From Candidatus Planktophila sp. (lineage in GTDB: Bacteria > Actinomycetota > Actinomycetes > Nanopelagicales > Nanopelagicaceae): a stretch of DNA of 56,887 nt. Made by a program: the position numbers and the translations under genes. The stretch covers positions 1-56,887 of the forward strand of contig JBIPNL010000001.1 in assembly GCA_044373255.1 (NCBI GenBank), given 5' to 3'. Positions 26,505-36,840 of the stretch are shown one piece after another (within the stretch, counting starts at the first letter, position 1; every line of letters starts with the position of its first letter). The notes beneath the pieces were generated by a model. It saw nothing but the letters and a program-made list of their open reading frames with translations, was not told the DNA's origin and did no database searches.

Positions 26505-29302
26505 ATCAACTGCGCAAACCCCTGAATATCACAATCGGTCTCATCGTTGCTCTCGGAGCGATTATCGCTTCCTCGAGCGGATTTTATATCGATTGGCTCT
26601 GGTTCAAATCTGTTGACTTCACAGAAGTCTGGAGCACAATTCTGGTCACGAAGATTATTCTCTTCGTGGTCGTTGGTGTAATTACCTCACTTTTTATTAC
26701 AGCAAATATCTATATTGCATACAAGAAGCGTCCACTCTATGTTCCGCTTTCAGTTGAGGCCGATAACCTCGAGCGTTATCGCGCGCAGCTCGCACCAATT
26801 CGTAAGTGGGTATTCCTCGGTATTGCAGCAGTTCTTATCTACTTCGGCGGAACATCTGGATCAGTATTCTGGTCAACCTGGCTCCAGTTTAGAAACTCAA
26901 CACCATTCGGTCAGACTGACCCACAATTTGGTTTAGATATCTCATTCTTTGCATTTAAGTTACCGATGTATCAAGCACTGATTGGTTGGGGAATCTCTCT
27001 GACAGTTATTGGAACTCTTGCCGCAGTAGGTGTCCACTATCTCTACGGTGGAATTCGCCCTCAGGCACAGTCAGAGCGCACAACTACTGCAGCACGAGTT
27101 CAGATCTCGGTTCTCCTTGGATTCTTTGTTCTCCTCAAGGCAGTTGCTTATTGGTATGACCGTTACGCATTGGCTCTGAAAGAGAATGCACTCATCACGG
27201 GTATGACATACAGCGATGTCAACGCGCTATTGCCAGCCAAGGCAATTCTGGCTGCGATCGCAGTTGTTTGTGCAATTCTTTTCTTTGCAAGCATTTTTAC
27301 GCGCTCCTGGCTACTTCCAACAGCGGGAACCGCACTTCTTGTTATCTCATCAGTGTTGATCGCAGGAATTTACCCTGCAGCAATTCAGCAATTTACCGTT
27401 AAGCCATCTGAGTCATCTAAAGAAGCGCCATATATTCAGCGCAATATTGAGGCAACTCGTGTGGCTTATGGCATCGATAATGTTGAAGTACAGAATTACG
27501 ATGCAGCGACTACAACCAACGCAGGCCAGCTCTCTGATGATGCAGCGACGATGGCCAATATTCGTCTCATGGATCCGATTGTGCTCTCTGCAACATTCCG
27601 CCAACTGCAGCAGCTCAAGCCTTACTACGCATTCCCTGACACACTTGACGTGGATAGATACAAAGTCAACGGTGTCTCTCGCGACACAATCGTGGCAGTC
27701 CGCGAACTCAGCATTGAGGGTAATCCAAGCCGTAACTGGATTAACGATCACCTTGTCTATACACATGGTTTCGGATTTGTTGCAGCCTTTGGTAACTCAC
27801 GCGATGCCGATGGAAAGCCAACATTTGCAGTAGGCGATCTACCTTCGACAAAGGGACTAGGCGAGTTTGAGCCACGTATTTACTTTGGTGAGAACACCCC
27901 TGATTACTCAATCATTGGTGGAGTCAAGACTGATTCACCAGTCGAGTTTGACTATCCAGATGATTCATCTGCGAATGGCCAGAAGAACTACACCTATACA
28001 GGTAAGGGTGGCGTTCCTGTCGGAAGCCTCTTTAACAAGTTGCTCTTTGCGATTAAATATCAAGAACAGCGCATCTTGCTCTCAAGCTTGATCAATAAGG
28101 ATTCAAAGATCATCTTTGATCGTAATCCGCGCGATCGCGTTGCAAAGGTTGCCCCATGGTTAACCCTTGATGGAGATCCATACCCAGCAATTGTCGATGG
28201 GCGCATTCAGTGGATTATCGATGGCTATACAACTAGCTCCAGCTATCCATATTCACAAACAACAGCTCTTGCATCAGCTACATCTGATGCGCTCACAGCC
28301 AACTCAAACTCTGTTACAGCCCAAGCAAATCGAAACCTGAACTACATTCGAAACTCAGTGAAGGCAACAGTTGATGCTTACGACGGAACCGTCACCTTGT
28401 ATCAGTGGGATGAGAAAGATCCAGTACTGGCTACATGGATGAAGGTTTTCCCTGGCAGCGTTACTCCTAAGAGTGAGATGTCTGCCGAGCTTCTTAGCCA
28501 CGTGCGCTATCCAGCAGATATGTTTAGAGTTCAACGCGATGTTTTGAGCTCGTATCACGTAAAGACTGCCGGAGCTTTCTACGGCGGACAGGATTTCTGG
28601 CGCGTTCCTCGTGATCCATCAACATTCGGTGGCAATGCAAATGCACAGCCTCCGTACTACATGACACTGCAAATGCCAGGAACAAATACACCAGCATTTT
28701 CTCTGACTACACCGTTTGTACCTCGCGGTGGTCGTGAAAACTTGTCAGCCTTTGCCGCTGCAAATTCTGACGCTGGTCCAAATTACGGAAAAATCACCGT
28801 CCTGCAATTGCCACGTAGTACAAACGTTGCCGGACCATCACAGGTTGCATCAAACTTTGAAGCAAAACCTGAAGTTGCTAATTCACTCTCGCTCTTGCGA
28901 CAAGGTGGATCAGATGTGGTTCTAGGAAGCTTGCTTACTCTTCCAGTAGGTAACGGACTTCTCTACGTACAACCGGTTTATGTACGCGCGACATCTAACG
29001 CTGCTGCATATCCACTGTTGCAGAAAGTTCTAGTCTCATTCGGAGATCAAATTGGTTTTGATGACACTCTTAAGGGTGCCCTTGATCAAGTCTTCGGTGG
29101 AAACTCAGGAACTCAATCAGGTGGCGGTGATGTAGTTTCAGGTGGATCTTCATCTGATGTATCAAGTGCCATTGCTAGCGCTATCGCTGCATATAAAGAT
29201 GGATTAGCTGCATTGGCAAAGGGAGATTTCGCTGCATACGATCGTGCGCAGAAGAGATTGAAATCAGCCCTCGATGCAGCAGCAAATGCGGAGAAGAAAT
29301 AG
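26501..29302 (+). CDS. UPF0182 family membrane protein (Rv3193c-like)
   Basis: DWLWFKSV, DPQFGLDISF, HLVYTHGFG, NYIRNSVKATVDAYDG, LLYVQPVY. Confidence 0.95.
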   Translation: MNQLRKPLNITIGLIVALGAIIASSSGFYIDWLWFKSVDFTEVWSTILVTKIILFVVVGVITSLFITANIYIAYKKRPLYVPLSVEADNLERYRAQLAPIRKWVFLGIAAVLIYFGGTSGSVFWSTWLQFRNSTPFGQTDPQFGLDISFFAFKLPMYQALIGWGISLTVIGTLAAVGVHYLYGGIRPQAQSERTTTAARVQISVLLGFFVLLKAVAYWYDRYALALKENALITGMTYSDVNALLPAKAILAAIAVVCAILFFASIFTRSWLLPTAGTALLVISSVLIAGIYPAAIQQFTVKPSESSKEAPYIQRNIEATRVAYGIDNVEVQNYDAATTTNAGQLSDDAATMANIRLMDPIVLSATFRQLQQLKPYYAFPDTLDVDRYKVNGVSRDTIVAVRELSIEGNPSRNWINDHLVYTHGFGFVAAFGNSRDADGKPTFAVGDLPSTKGLGEFEPRIYFGENTPDYSIIGGVKTDSPVEFDYPDDSSANGQKNYTYTGKGGVPVGSLFNKLLFAIKYQEQRILLSSLINKDSKIIFDRNPRDRVAKVAPWLTLDGDPYPAIVDGRIQWIIDGYTTSSSYPYSQTTALASATSDALTANSNSVTAQANRNLNYIRNSVKATVDAYDGTVTLYQWDEKDPVLATWMKVFPGSVTPKSEMSAELLSHVRYPADMFRVQRDVLSSYHVKTAGAFYGGQDFWRVPRDPSTFGGNANAQPPYYMTLQMPGTNTPAFSLTTPFVPRGGRENLSAFAAANSDAGPNYGKITVLQLPRSTNVAGPSQVASNFEAKPEVANSLSLLRQGGSDVVLGSLLTLPVGNGLLYVQPVYVRATSNAAAYPLLQKVLVSFGDQIGFDDTLKGALDQVFGGNSGTQSGGGDVVSGGSSSDVSSAIASAIAAYKDGLAALAKGDFAAYDRAQKRLKSALDAAANAEKK

Positions 29303-29357
29303 TTCTTTCTACTCAATTTGGTAGATGACCCCGCGGCGATTAGGATTGTCCTACCGA

Positions 29358-29434
<77 letters not shown>

Positions 29435-29456
29435 AGAATCACAGGTAGTTTCAGTT

Positions 29457-29488
29457 AAAAAAGATAGCGCCGAAAGGCGCTTTCTTTA
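29457..29488 (+). terminator. Intrinsic terminator after tRNA-fMet
   Basis: aaagatagcgcc-gaaa-ggcgctttcttt. Confidence 0.75.
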
Positions 29489-29732
29489 TGCCCTTTTTGG
29501 CCTAAGCCGTATGAATTCTTAGAAAAAGACTGGGACTAATTATCCAGTCCTTTATTTTTGAGTCGCATACGTGGAGCGTAAGAGACTCGAGTCTAATTTT
29601 CTTCAAAAGTTTGAGCTCTGTTCACCATTGTCACCCAGAACCCATAATGCCTGAAGGTTATCTTCTCTCATCCTTTCGCCCCGAAAGAGAATGCACTTAC
29701 CCACAGCCCAATTAACTCTCATGGAGGACACT

Positions 29733-31718
29733 TTGAAAATCAAGATTGCCGTTGCGGCATTGACAGTGGCTGCACTAGTTGCGCCAATGTCACTTGCTAA
29801 CGCATACATGTTTACAGATACAGGAAGTGCTGTAACCCTGACTATTTTACATAATAATGATGGTGAGTCTGCACTCTTACCTGAGCAGTCATACACGCTA
29901 CCTCAAGGAAAATTGATTTATGGAAGTGCTGCGGCATTTTCAACAGTTATGCAACGGGAGATTCGCTCCGCTAGAAGCGCACGCAATGCCGTGGTCTCAC
30001 TCTATGCAGGAGATTCCTTCCTCGCCAGTAAGAATCTGATTTGTTCAGACCCTGCAGATGACACCTCGACCAAACCTGTATATGACGGTTTGGCACAATC
30101 AATGATGCCTTATGACGCCCACATCCTAGGAAATCACGAATTTGATTACAAGACAGGATTTCTCAAGCGTTACATAGATTCGTTCACAGAAAAAAATCGC
30201 TACCAGTTCCTTTCCGGTAACATGGATTTTTCTGACAACGCAGATCTGTCATCAATTGCAGTAAAGTCAGGACCAATTCTTCGTTCAATGCATTCCGGAA
30301 AGAAGATCGCACAGTCATATGTACATAAGGATTACCGAACTGGAGCAATCTTCGGAGTTGTAAGCGCAATTACTCCAACTCTTCGCACTATCTCGTCACC
30401 AGGAACAGCTAAAGTTACGACAATAGATATTCCAGCCACAGCAGCACTCATCAACAAGCAGGTAGAAGCTCTTGAAGAGCAAGGCATCAACAAGATCATC
30501 TTGGTGAGCCATCTACAGGGTGTTGCTTACGATAAAGAACTCGTAGCGCTGCTCAAGAATGTAGACGTTGCTGTCGCTGGTGGCGGAGATGACCTACTCA
30601 CCAGCCCAGATGTTGCTGAAAAGATCCAACTTATTCCAGGTGAAGGTAAGCCTGTCGGTAAGTACCCAGAGATGGTTAAGGATGCCAACGGTGTCGATGT
30701 TCCACTAATCACCAGCAAGGGTAATTACAACTACCTCGGTCGCTTTGATGTCTCTTTTAATGCACAGGGCAAGGTGACCGCCTATAACAAGACAACGTCA
30801 TATCCACGACGTGTTATTCCGGCTTCTGCCGTTGCAACATCACTTGGAGTTACCGATGCGGTCATTCCAGATAAGCGCATCGTTGAAGTGGTTGAAAAGC
30901 CACTTAGCGCCTGCTTAGCAGGATTCGCAACACCAATTGCATCCACTCAGATTGTCTTTGCAACAGATCGTGGCAGTGCAACAGTGCTCGGTGTCAGAAC
31001 TGCTGAGACTAACGGTGGAAATCTGATTGCTGATGCATACGTACATGCATACTCCAGTAGAGCTGCTTCAGTCGGCTTGCCTGCCGCCTCAACTACCAAC
31101 CCACTCGTCTCCGTAACAAACGGTGGAGGTATCAGACAAGGTGGCGGAACGACGCTTCCTATCTCAGGTGTAGCCGGTGCCATTAACCGAGGCAATACCT
31201 TTGATCTCCTTCCTTTCGATAACCGCGTAGTAGCTGTGACAAGCGTCAGCGCTGCAGATCTCAAAGAGATCTTCGAAAGATCATGTTCGGTCAGTACATC
31301 AGGTGGTGGACAGTTCCTTCAGTTCAGCGGAATGAAGGTTTCTTGCTCACGAACTGGAACTGCAATCGTGATCTCAACACCAACAGGTGATGCATATGCT
31401 GGAAAGATCACGACAGCCGGCACACGAGTAAAAGAGATCACCTTGAGTGATGGCCGCGCCATTGTGAAGGATGGAGCCGTTGTAGCAGGTGCTCCAGCCG
31501 TAACAATTGTCACCAACCAATTTACTGCCGATGGTGGAGATAACTATCCAACATTCCAGAAAATGACAAAGGTTGGCTTTGGAGTCACTTATGAGCAGGG
31601 TCTTTATGACTATCTCTTAAGCTTCCCGAAGAACGCCGCAGGGTTGCCAGAAGTCCCATCAACCGATGCACGTTATAGCAAGACAACTGGAGAAGGTCGC
31701 TTCACCTGGTTGCCATAA
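29733..31718 (+). CDS. Secreted bifunctional metallophosphatase / 5'-nucleotidase
   Basis: SD GGAGG then TTG 29733; signal peptide ending ANA; LHNNDGES, AGDSF, GNHEFD, SHLQ, NGGGIR, LPFDN, GGDNY. Confidence 0.9.
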   Translation: MKIKIAVAALTVAALVAPMSLANAYMFTDTGSAVTLTILHNNDGESALLPEQSYTLPQGKLIYGSAAAFSTVMQREIRSARSARNAVVSLYAGDSFLASKNLICSDPADDTSTKPVYDGLAQSMMPYDAHILGNHEFDYKTGFLKRYIDSFTEKNRYQFLSGNMDFSDNADLSSIAVKSGPILRSMHSGKKIAQSYVHKDYRTGAIFGVVSAITPTLRTISSPGTAKVTTIDIPATAALINKQVEALEEQGINKIILVSHLQGVAYDKELVALLKNVDVAVAGGGDDLLTSPDVAEKIQLIPGEGKPVGKYPEMVKDANGVDVPLITSKGNYNYLGRFDVSFNAQGKVTAYNKTTSYPRRVIPASAVATSLGVTDAVIPDKRIVEVVEKPLSACLAGFATPIASTQIVFATDRGSATVLGVRTAETNGGNLIADAYVHAYSSRAASVGLPAASTTNPLVSVTNGGGIRQGGGTTLPISGVAGAINRGNTFDLLPFDNRVVAVTSVSAADLKEIFERSCSVSTSGGGQFLQFSGMKVSCSRTGTAIVISTPTGDAYAGKITTAGTRVKEITLSDGRAIVKDGAVVAGAPAVTIVTNQFTADGGDNYPTFQKMTKVGFGVTYEQGLYDYLLSFPKNAAGLPEVPSTDARYSKTTGEGRFTWLP

Positions 31719-31731
31719 TCTAGAGCAGTAG

Positions 31732-31786
31732 AAAATCCCCGCTCATTCTTGGTGCGAAAGCGCTCCGAGGTGAGCGGGGATTTTTA
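31732..31786. terminator. Long, probably bidirectional intrinsic terminator
   Basis: aaaatccccgctca...gaaa...tgagcggggattttt between convergent genes. Confidence 0.8.
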
Positions 31787-31804
31787 TTCCTTCAATCGTT
31801 TAAA

Positions 31805-31975
31805 TTACGAAGCTTTAGTGACGGTGGCTTGAGAGCATAGTTCGTCGTACTTTGCGATCCACGTGTATCCACATTCAGAGCAAGCGGTCATTGGTCCAAA
31901 GTCATCGTTATGAACGATTTCAAGGTCAATAGACCGGCAAAGATCACATGTTGGAAACTCTTGATATGTTGGCAT
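31805..31975 (-). CDS. Small CxxC-x18-CxxC zinc-ribbon protein (56 aa)
   Basis: Manual translation MPTYQEFPTCDLCRSIDLEIVHNDDFGPMTACSECGYTWIAKYDELCSQATVTKAS*; purine-rich SD (aagggaag) upstream; ends just before the terminator. Confidence 0.72.
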   Translation of the reverse strand: MPTYQEFPTCDLCRSIDLEIVHNDDFGPMTACSECGYTWIAKYDELCSQATVTKAS

Positions 31976-32119
31976 GACACTTCCCTTCTGTTAGTAACTA
32001 CAACTTTGGGGAAGCACCTTCATTCTGCGCCATTACTCAGAGGTATTGCTGGCGGCGGTGTTTAACCATAGGTGAATTATTGGCGAAATCCCGACCTCGA
32101 CATTGCTACCATTTTCCGT

Positions 32120-33289
32120 ATGAAGCGATTGATATCAAGCGTACTGATTGGGTGCTTGACTCTTTCGCTCAACATTTCACCTGCAACGGCAGCGGTAAAA
32201 CCGGGTGGGGCATGCAAACAAGTAGGAAAAGTAGTCCAGACCGCTGGCATGAAATACAAGTGTGTCAAGAGCGGCAAAAAATTCGTTTGGAGTAAGGGCC
32301 AGTTAGTCGTTAAGGCAACGCCAACTCCGACTCCGACTTCAACTCCGACTTCAACGCAAACACCGAAAGCGCTCACATTCTCAAATATCTCCGAAAATGT
32401 CGATGAAATTGCATTGAATGTTTTTGGCAAGTATCAAAAGTTGCTGGCGACGAATTACAAAAGTTCTATCAAAGTCAACACAATAATTGGGCCGAATACA
32501 GTTCCCGTCAATAAGGATTCAGCTTCTGCATATCAGATTGCATCAAAGATATTTCAGAATTTCAAACAGCCAGATGAGGTCTTTGCCATTTATTACACAT
32601 TTGCCGATAAAGAGTGGGCAAAGAATCAAGTTGCAATTAGAGCAGGAAAAAATATAGCTGATTTTCAATTTGGATATTCATGTCCTAATGCATTGCGCTG
32701 TTGGGATGCAAGCGCCTCTGTAACTTTAGATTGGAAAGCTATAAGTCACTTTGGCGCATCTGACCCTGGTGGAGCTATTCACGGAGCTGAGATGAATGGT
32801 GAAATTCAGATTCATGAGTTCACTCATTCACTTTCTTTCTTTCAGCTAAAGCCAAATAGAGGAAATTACTACAATCTCACACCAGATTGGTTTGCGGAGG
32901 GCCATGCATCGGTTGCAGGCAAATTGGGCGCGGCGACTTCCTTTGAACAATACACAGCGCTAAGGACTGAAGCCCTTCAGAGAAATCGTCCTGGAGCAGA
33001 TATTCAGGACTATCGCCCAGAAAATGTTTTGCGTTTTCTCGAATCATTTATGAAGTATCCAGAGGCCTCAACCATTCAGCGTTATTACCTTTACACCTTG
33101 GGTTGGTCCACTATTGAAGCGCTTGCTGCAATCGGAGGAATTGATTCACCAATGAATCTGTACCTGGAAACAGCAAAAGGTTTAACTTTCAAACAGGCAT
33201 TCAAGAAGGTTTATGGGATCGAATGGGATACAGCCGCTCCAATTTTGGCAGAAGTGGTTTCAAAGCAATATAGGACGTTCTATCCTTGA
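32120..33289 (+). CDS. Secreted protein with Cys/Lys N-terminal module, PT linker and HEXXH (gluzincin-like) domain
   Basis: TACCAT-N7-ATG 32120; signal peptide; AVKPGGACKQVGK...KCVKSGKKFVWSKG; (PT)n; IHEFTH...PDWFAEGHA. Confidence 0.8.
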   Translation: MKRLISSVLIGCLTLSLNISPATAAVKPGGACKQVGKVVQTAGMKYKCVKSGKKFVWSKGQLVVKATPTPTPTSTPTSTQTPKALTFSNISENVDEIALNVFGKYQKLLATNYKSSIKVNTIIGPNTVPVNKDSASAYQIASKIFQNFKQPDEVFAIYYTFADKEWAKNQVAIRAGKNIADFQFGYSCPNALRCWDASASVTLDWKAISHFGASDPGGAIHGAEMNGEIQIHEFTHSLSFFQLKPNRGNYYNLTPDWFAEGHASVAGKLGAATSFEQYTALRTEALQRNRPGADIQDYRPENVLRFLESFMKYPEASTIQRYYLYTLGWSTIEALAAIGGIDSPMNLYLETAKGLTFKQAFKKVYGIEWDTAAPILAEVVSKQYRTFYP

Positions 33290-33360
33290 TGCAATTAATG
33301 GCCTTGAATTTGTAACTTCTGTTGAATATTCACTAACTAACATCGTCTTATCCGTATTCC

Positions 33361-33618
33361 TTAAACCTTAACGGACACCCAATACACACTTCCCCTATCC
33401 CTTTCCAAGATCCCGTACTCAATCATGTACCGGCGTATTGCTGCGGTGTCGTCATGGAAGTTGGCGATGATTGCGTTGAGCTCTTTTTCGGGGTACTTGG
33501 TGTCGGGGGATAGCTTGCTCGCTATGAACTCTAAGACAGCGATCTTCTTGGCAGCTTTAGCGGGAATGCTTATCAATGTCCCGTCGGGGCGGAAGAATTG
33601 GTCGATCTGCTCGCTCAT
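33361..33618 (-). CDS. DUF2087 domain protein
   Basis: FF..DG.L.SIPAK..KK..VL, YPEKELN, DTAAIRRYMIEYGIL.R; TATGCT-N7-ATG. Confidence 0.88.
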   Translation of the reverse strand: MSEQIDQFFRPDGTLISIPAKAAKKIAVLEFIASKLSPDTKYPEKELNAIIANFHDDTAAIRRYMIEYGILERDRGSVYWVSVKV

Positions 33619-33648
33619 AGGAGTAAGCATAAAGGAGTGAATTAAAAG

Positions 33649-35982
33649 TTAGCGAATGCGAAGCGAGTTGGTGACAACAAGGAGTGAACTCGCAGCCATT
33701 GCAGCAGCTGCATACATTGGGGTGAGCGCGCCGGCGATTGCAATAGGAATACCAATGACGTTGTAGGCAAAGGCCCAACCAAGATTGATTTTGATAACTT
33801 TCAGGGTTTTTGTGGCAAGGGCTAATGAGCTAACAACGCCCATCAAATCCTTACCCATCAAAGTGATATCAGCGCTACCTATTGCTGAGTCGGTCCCTGT
33901 TCCCATGGCAATACTCAAATCTGCTGCAGCCAAAGCGGCGGCATCATTAATGCCATCTCCAACCATCAGGACTGTCTTTGAGTCTTTCTTAAAGTCTTCG
34001 ACAACGCGTAACTTGCGATCGGGCAAAGTATTAGCAATGACGTTACTTGCTGCAATACCAACGAGTGAGGCAATGTGACGGGCACTCTCTTGATTATCTC
34101 CAGTGACTAGCCACGGAGTAATTCCACGTGCATTTAGCGCGGTAATTGTTGCTTGTGCATCGGCTTTGACCTCATCAGAGGTTGTAAAGAGAGCCAGTGC
34201 GACACCATCCCATGCGAGAACAGACACACTCTCTCCGCGACTGCGAGCCTTTTCAATGCCATCAGCAATCTGAGAATCAAATGGAATAGAGCTATGTGCA
34301 ATCGCCTCAGGAGTTCCGATAAGAACAAGTGGGGAGTATTGCCCGCACTCCACCCGTCCGCCGACTCCAGAACCAGGAGTTTGAATGAAATCAGTGAGTG
34401 GCAAAATCCTTGCACCCCTTGATAACGAGTGAGATGCAATTGCCTTTGCAATCGGGTGATCATTGGCATTTTCTAGCGTCAAAGCGGTTGAGAGAATCAT
34501 TTGCTCATTGATAATCGTAGAGAGCTCTTGGCCAAGTACTTTTTGCGCAGATGTTGGAATAAGGACATCTCCCACTTTCATTACACCTGTTGTCAGCGTT
34601 CCAGTCTTATCAAAGATGGCTACATCAACTGTGCGTGCAAGTTCAAGAACATGGGGCTTGCGTAGAACAATTCCGCGAGAAGCACCGCGGCCGGATGCAA
34701 CGACAAGTGCTACGGGTGTCGCTAGACCTAGAGCGCATGGGCACGCAATCACAAGGACTGTGATTGCTACCGAAATGGAAGTTGATAGTGAACGTCCATC
34801 ACCACCATTGAGGGCTGCATCGAGGTAGTAGTACCAGAGAAAAAATGTACCGATTGAAATCAGAGTAACTATTGGAACGAATACAGCAGAGATGCGATCC
34901 GCCAAGCGCTGAATTGGGGCCTTAGCACTCTGTGCCTCAACAACCATTGCTGTAATTCTTGCTAGCTCGGTATCGCTACCAATGCGAGTGGCCTTAACAA
35001 TGATGCGGCCATTGTTGTTCATTGATGCACCAATAACGCGCGAACCTGGCGACACATCTATCGGAACTGATTCCCCTGTGAGCATGGAATTATCTACGGA
35101 AGAATTACCCGAGATAACAACGCCATCGGTGGCAAGTCGAGCACCTGGTTTAACAACAAATTCATCGCCTAGGACCAAATGCTCAATAGGTATGAGAACT
35201 TCGAGTCCGTTTCGCAAGACAGTCACTTCTTTGGCATGAAGTGAGAGCAACGATGTGAGTGCGCTGCTGGCGCGATGTTTAGCGCGGGATTCCAAGAATC
35301 TACCTAAAATAACAAAGAGCAATACGCCGGCTGCAACTTCGGTATAGACATCACCGTCGCCAGTTGAATTTGCATAGATGGACCAGGTAAAAGCTGCGAT
35401 AGAGCCTAGAGAAATCAAAGTATCCATTGTTGGATGGGCAATATTTCGAATAGCGGCACGATGGATAGGCCAGGCGACAAATAAAATTAGTGGAGTGGTG
35501 AGAGCGATAGCTACCCACGCCGTTGGTGAATACAGTGGGTGTGGAAGTGATACCAGATCAAGAAGATCGTGCACCTGCATATCAATCCACATATGCCAAT
35601 CCATCACCATTGAGATAGCGATGGCAGGAACACCAAAGAGAATCGCCCAGATCAGCGCGCGCGTGGACTTTCTATTAGCCAGTGCGGGTCCTTGGCTATC
35701 TGCCATCAGAGTCGCACCGTAGCCGGCAGATTTGATCTTTGAAATAATGACATCTGTCGACAACTCTTCTGGTGCAAGCACATGCACAGTTTCGCTTGCA
35801 AAGTTAACGGATGCGCGAACGCCATCTACAGAATTCAGTGCTCGTTCAACTGATGCCACACAAGAAGAGCAGGTCATGCCCGTCACTGAGTACGTCGTTG
35901 CAGTCAGGGTTGCCTTATCTAAATCAATCGCAATTTCAGGTTCGCGATGGCGCCTGAGATCGATCGAAATATCTTCAGCCAT
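33649..35982 (-). CDS. Heavy-metal (Cu+) translocating P1B-type ATPase
   Basis: GMTCSSC, TGES, CPC, DKTGT, HP, GDGIND, YN, MxxSS. Confidence 0.95.
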   Translation of the reverse strand: MAEDISIDLRRHREPEIAIDLDKATLTATTYSVTGMTCSSCVASVERALNSVDGVRASVNFASETVHVLAPEELSTDVIISKIKSAGYGATLMADSQGPALANRKSTRALIWAILFGVPAIAISMVMDWHMWIDMQVHDLLDLVSLPHPLYSPTAWVAIALTTPLILFVAWPIHRAAIRNIAHPTMDTLISLGSIAAFTWSIYANSTGDGDVYTEVAAGVLLFVILGRFLESRAKHRASSALTSLLSLHAKEVTVLRNGLEVLIPIEHLVLGDEFVVKPGARLATDGVVISGNSSVDNSMLTGESVPIDVSPGSRVIGASMNNNGRIIVKATRIGSDTELARITAMVVEAQSAKAPIQRLADRISAVFVPIVTLISIGTFFLWYYYLDAALNGGDGRSLSTSISVAITVLVIACPCALGLATPVALVVASGRGASRGIVLRKPHVLELARTVDVAIFDKTGTLTTGVMKVGDVLIPTSAQKVLGQELSTIINEQMILSTALTLENANDHPIAKAIASHSLSRGARILPLTDFIQTPGSGVGGRVECGQYSPLVLIGTPEAIAHSSIPFDSQIADGIEKARSRGESVSVLAWDGVALALFTTSDEVKADAQATITALNARGITPWLVTGDNQESARHIASLVGIAASNVIANTLPDRKLRVVEDFKKDSKTVLMVGDGINDAAALAAADLSIAMGTGTDSAIGSADITLMGKDLMGVVSSLALATKTLKVIKINLGWAFAYNVIGIPIAIAGALTPMYAAAAMAASSLLVVTNSLRIR

Positions 35983-36814
35983 TGTTACTTCCCTTTACAT
36001 TGAGAGCAGAAAGCACCTGGCTATGAAGTGTTGAATTAGTTGAGATTGCATTCGGGCCAAACGGTCCATCCACCCCATCTAATGATGTGAAGCGACCGCC
36101 TGCTTCAGTAACGATGAGATCAAGGGCTGCCATATCCCAGAGCGCTAGCGATGGTTCGATAGCAACATCGACCGATCCTTCAGCAACGAGCATGTGTGAC
36201 CAAAAATCTCCTAAGCCGCGCGTTCTCCATGCACCATCGAGGAGATTTTCAAAAGCTGCACGGCGATCGCCCCATCCCTGAAAATCTGAATACGCAATCG
36301 AAGCATCTGCAAGTGATGCAACCGCAGAGACACGAAGTGATCGTGGAGTCGCGCCGTTTTCAGATACAAATGCACCACCGCCACGAGTGGCATACCAGCG
36401 ACGATACAACGCTGGTGATGAAACAACACTGGTGACAACCTGGCCTCCAACAACAAGTGCAATCAGAGTTGCCCACGTCGGAACACCGCGGAGAAAATTC
36501 TTTGTTCCATCGATTGGATCGATGACCCAATAACGATTGGGATCTTCCGAAGTGAGTTTTGATCCACCAAACTCTTCACCAACTACTGTGTCAGCAGGAT
36601 AAGTCGCGCTAATCGAATTTCTAATCGCTTGTTCAACGGCGCGATCAGCATCGGTAACTGGAGTGTTGTCGGGTTTTGTTGTGATCTGAAGATCCAGTGC
36701 GCGATAACGCGAGAGTGAAATAGCATCTGCTTGATCTGCCAGTGAAAGCGCAAAGGCAAGATCAGCTGCAAAGTTGGATGAATTTCCACTCAGACTATTT
36801 GCTGTCCCACTCAT
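35975..36814 (-). CDS. hisN: Histidinol-phosphatase (inositol monophosphatase family)
   Basis: KPDNTPVTDAD, DPIDGTKNFLRGVP, GDFWSHMLVAEG, WDMAA. Confidence 0.88.
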   Translation of the reverse strand: MSGTANSLSGNSSNFAADLAFALSLADQADAISLSRYRALDLQITTKPDNTPVTDADRAVEQAIRNSISATYPADTVVGEEFGGSKLTSEDPNRYWVIDPIDGTKNFLRGVPTWATLIALVVGGQVVTSVVSSPALYRRWYATRGGGAFVSENGATPRSLRVSAVASLADASIAYSDFQGWGDRRAAFENLLDGAWRTRGLGDFWSHMLVAEGSVDVAIEPSLALWDMAALDLIVTEAGGRFTSLDGVDGPFGPNAISTNSTLHSQVLSALNVKGSNNG

Positions 36815-36840
36815 AGCCCGATTCTATCTTCGCGCTCTGA

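Noticed and set aside
29620-29640. PHO-box-like GTTCACC/GTCACCC upstream of the nucleotidase
   Set aside because: TCAC cores are 9 nt apart rather than the 11-nt period of PhoP boxes; suggestive only
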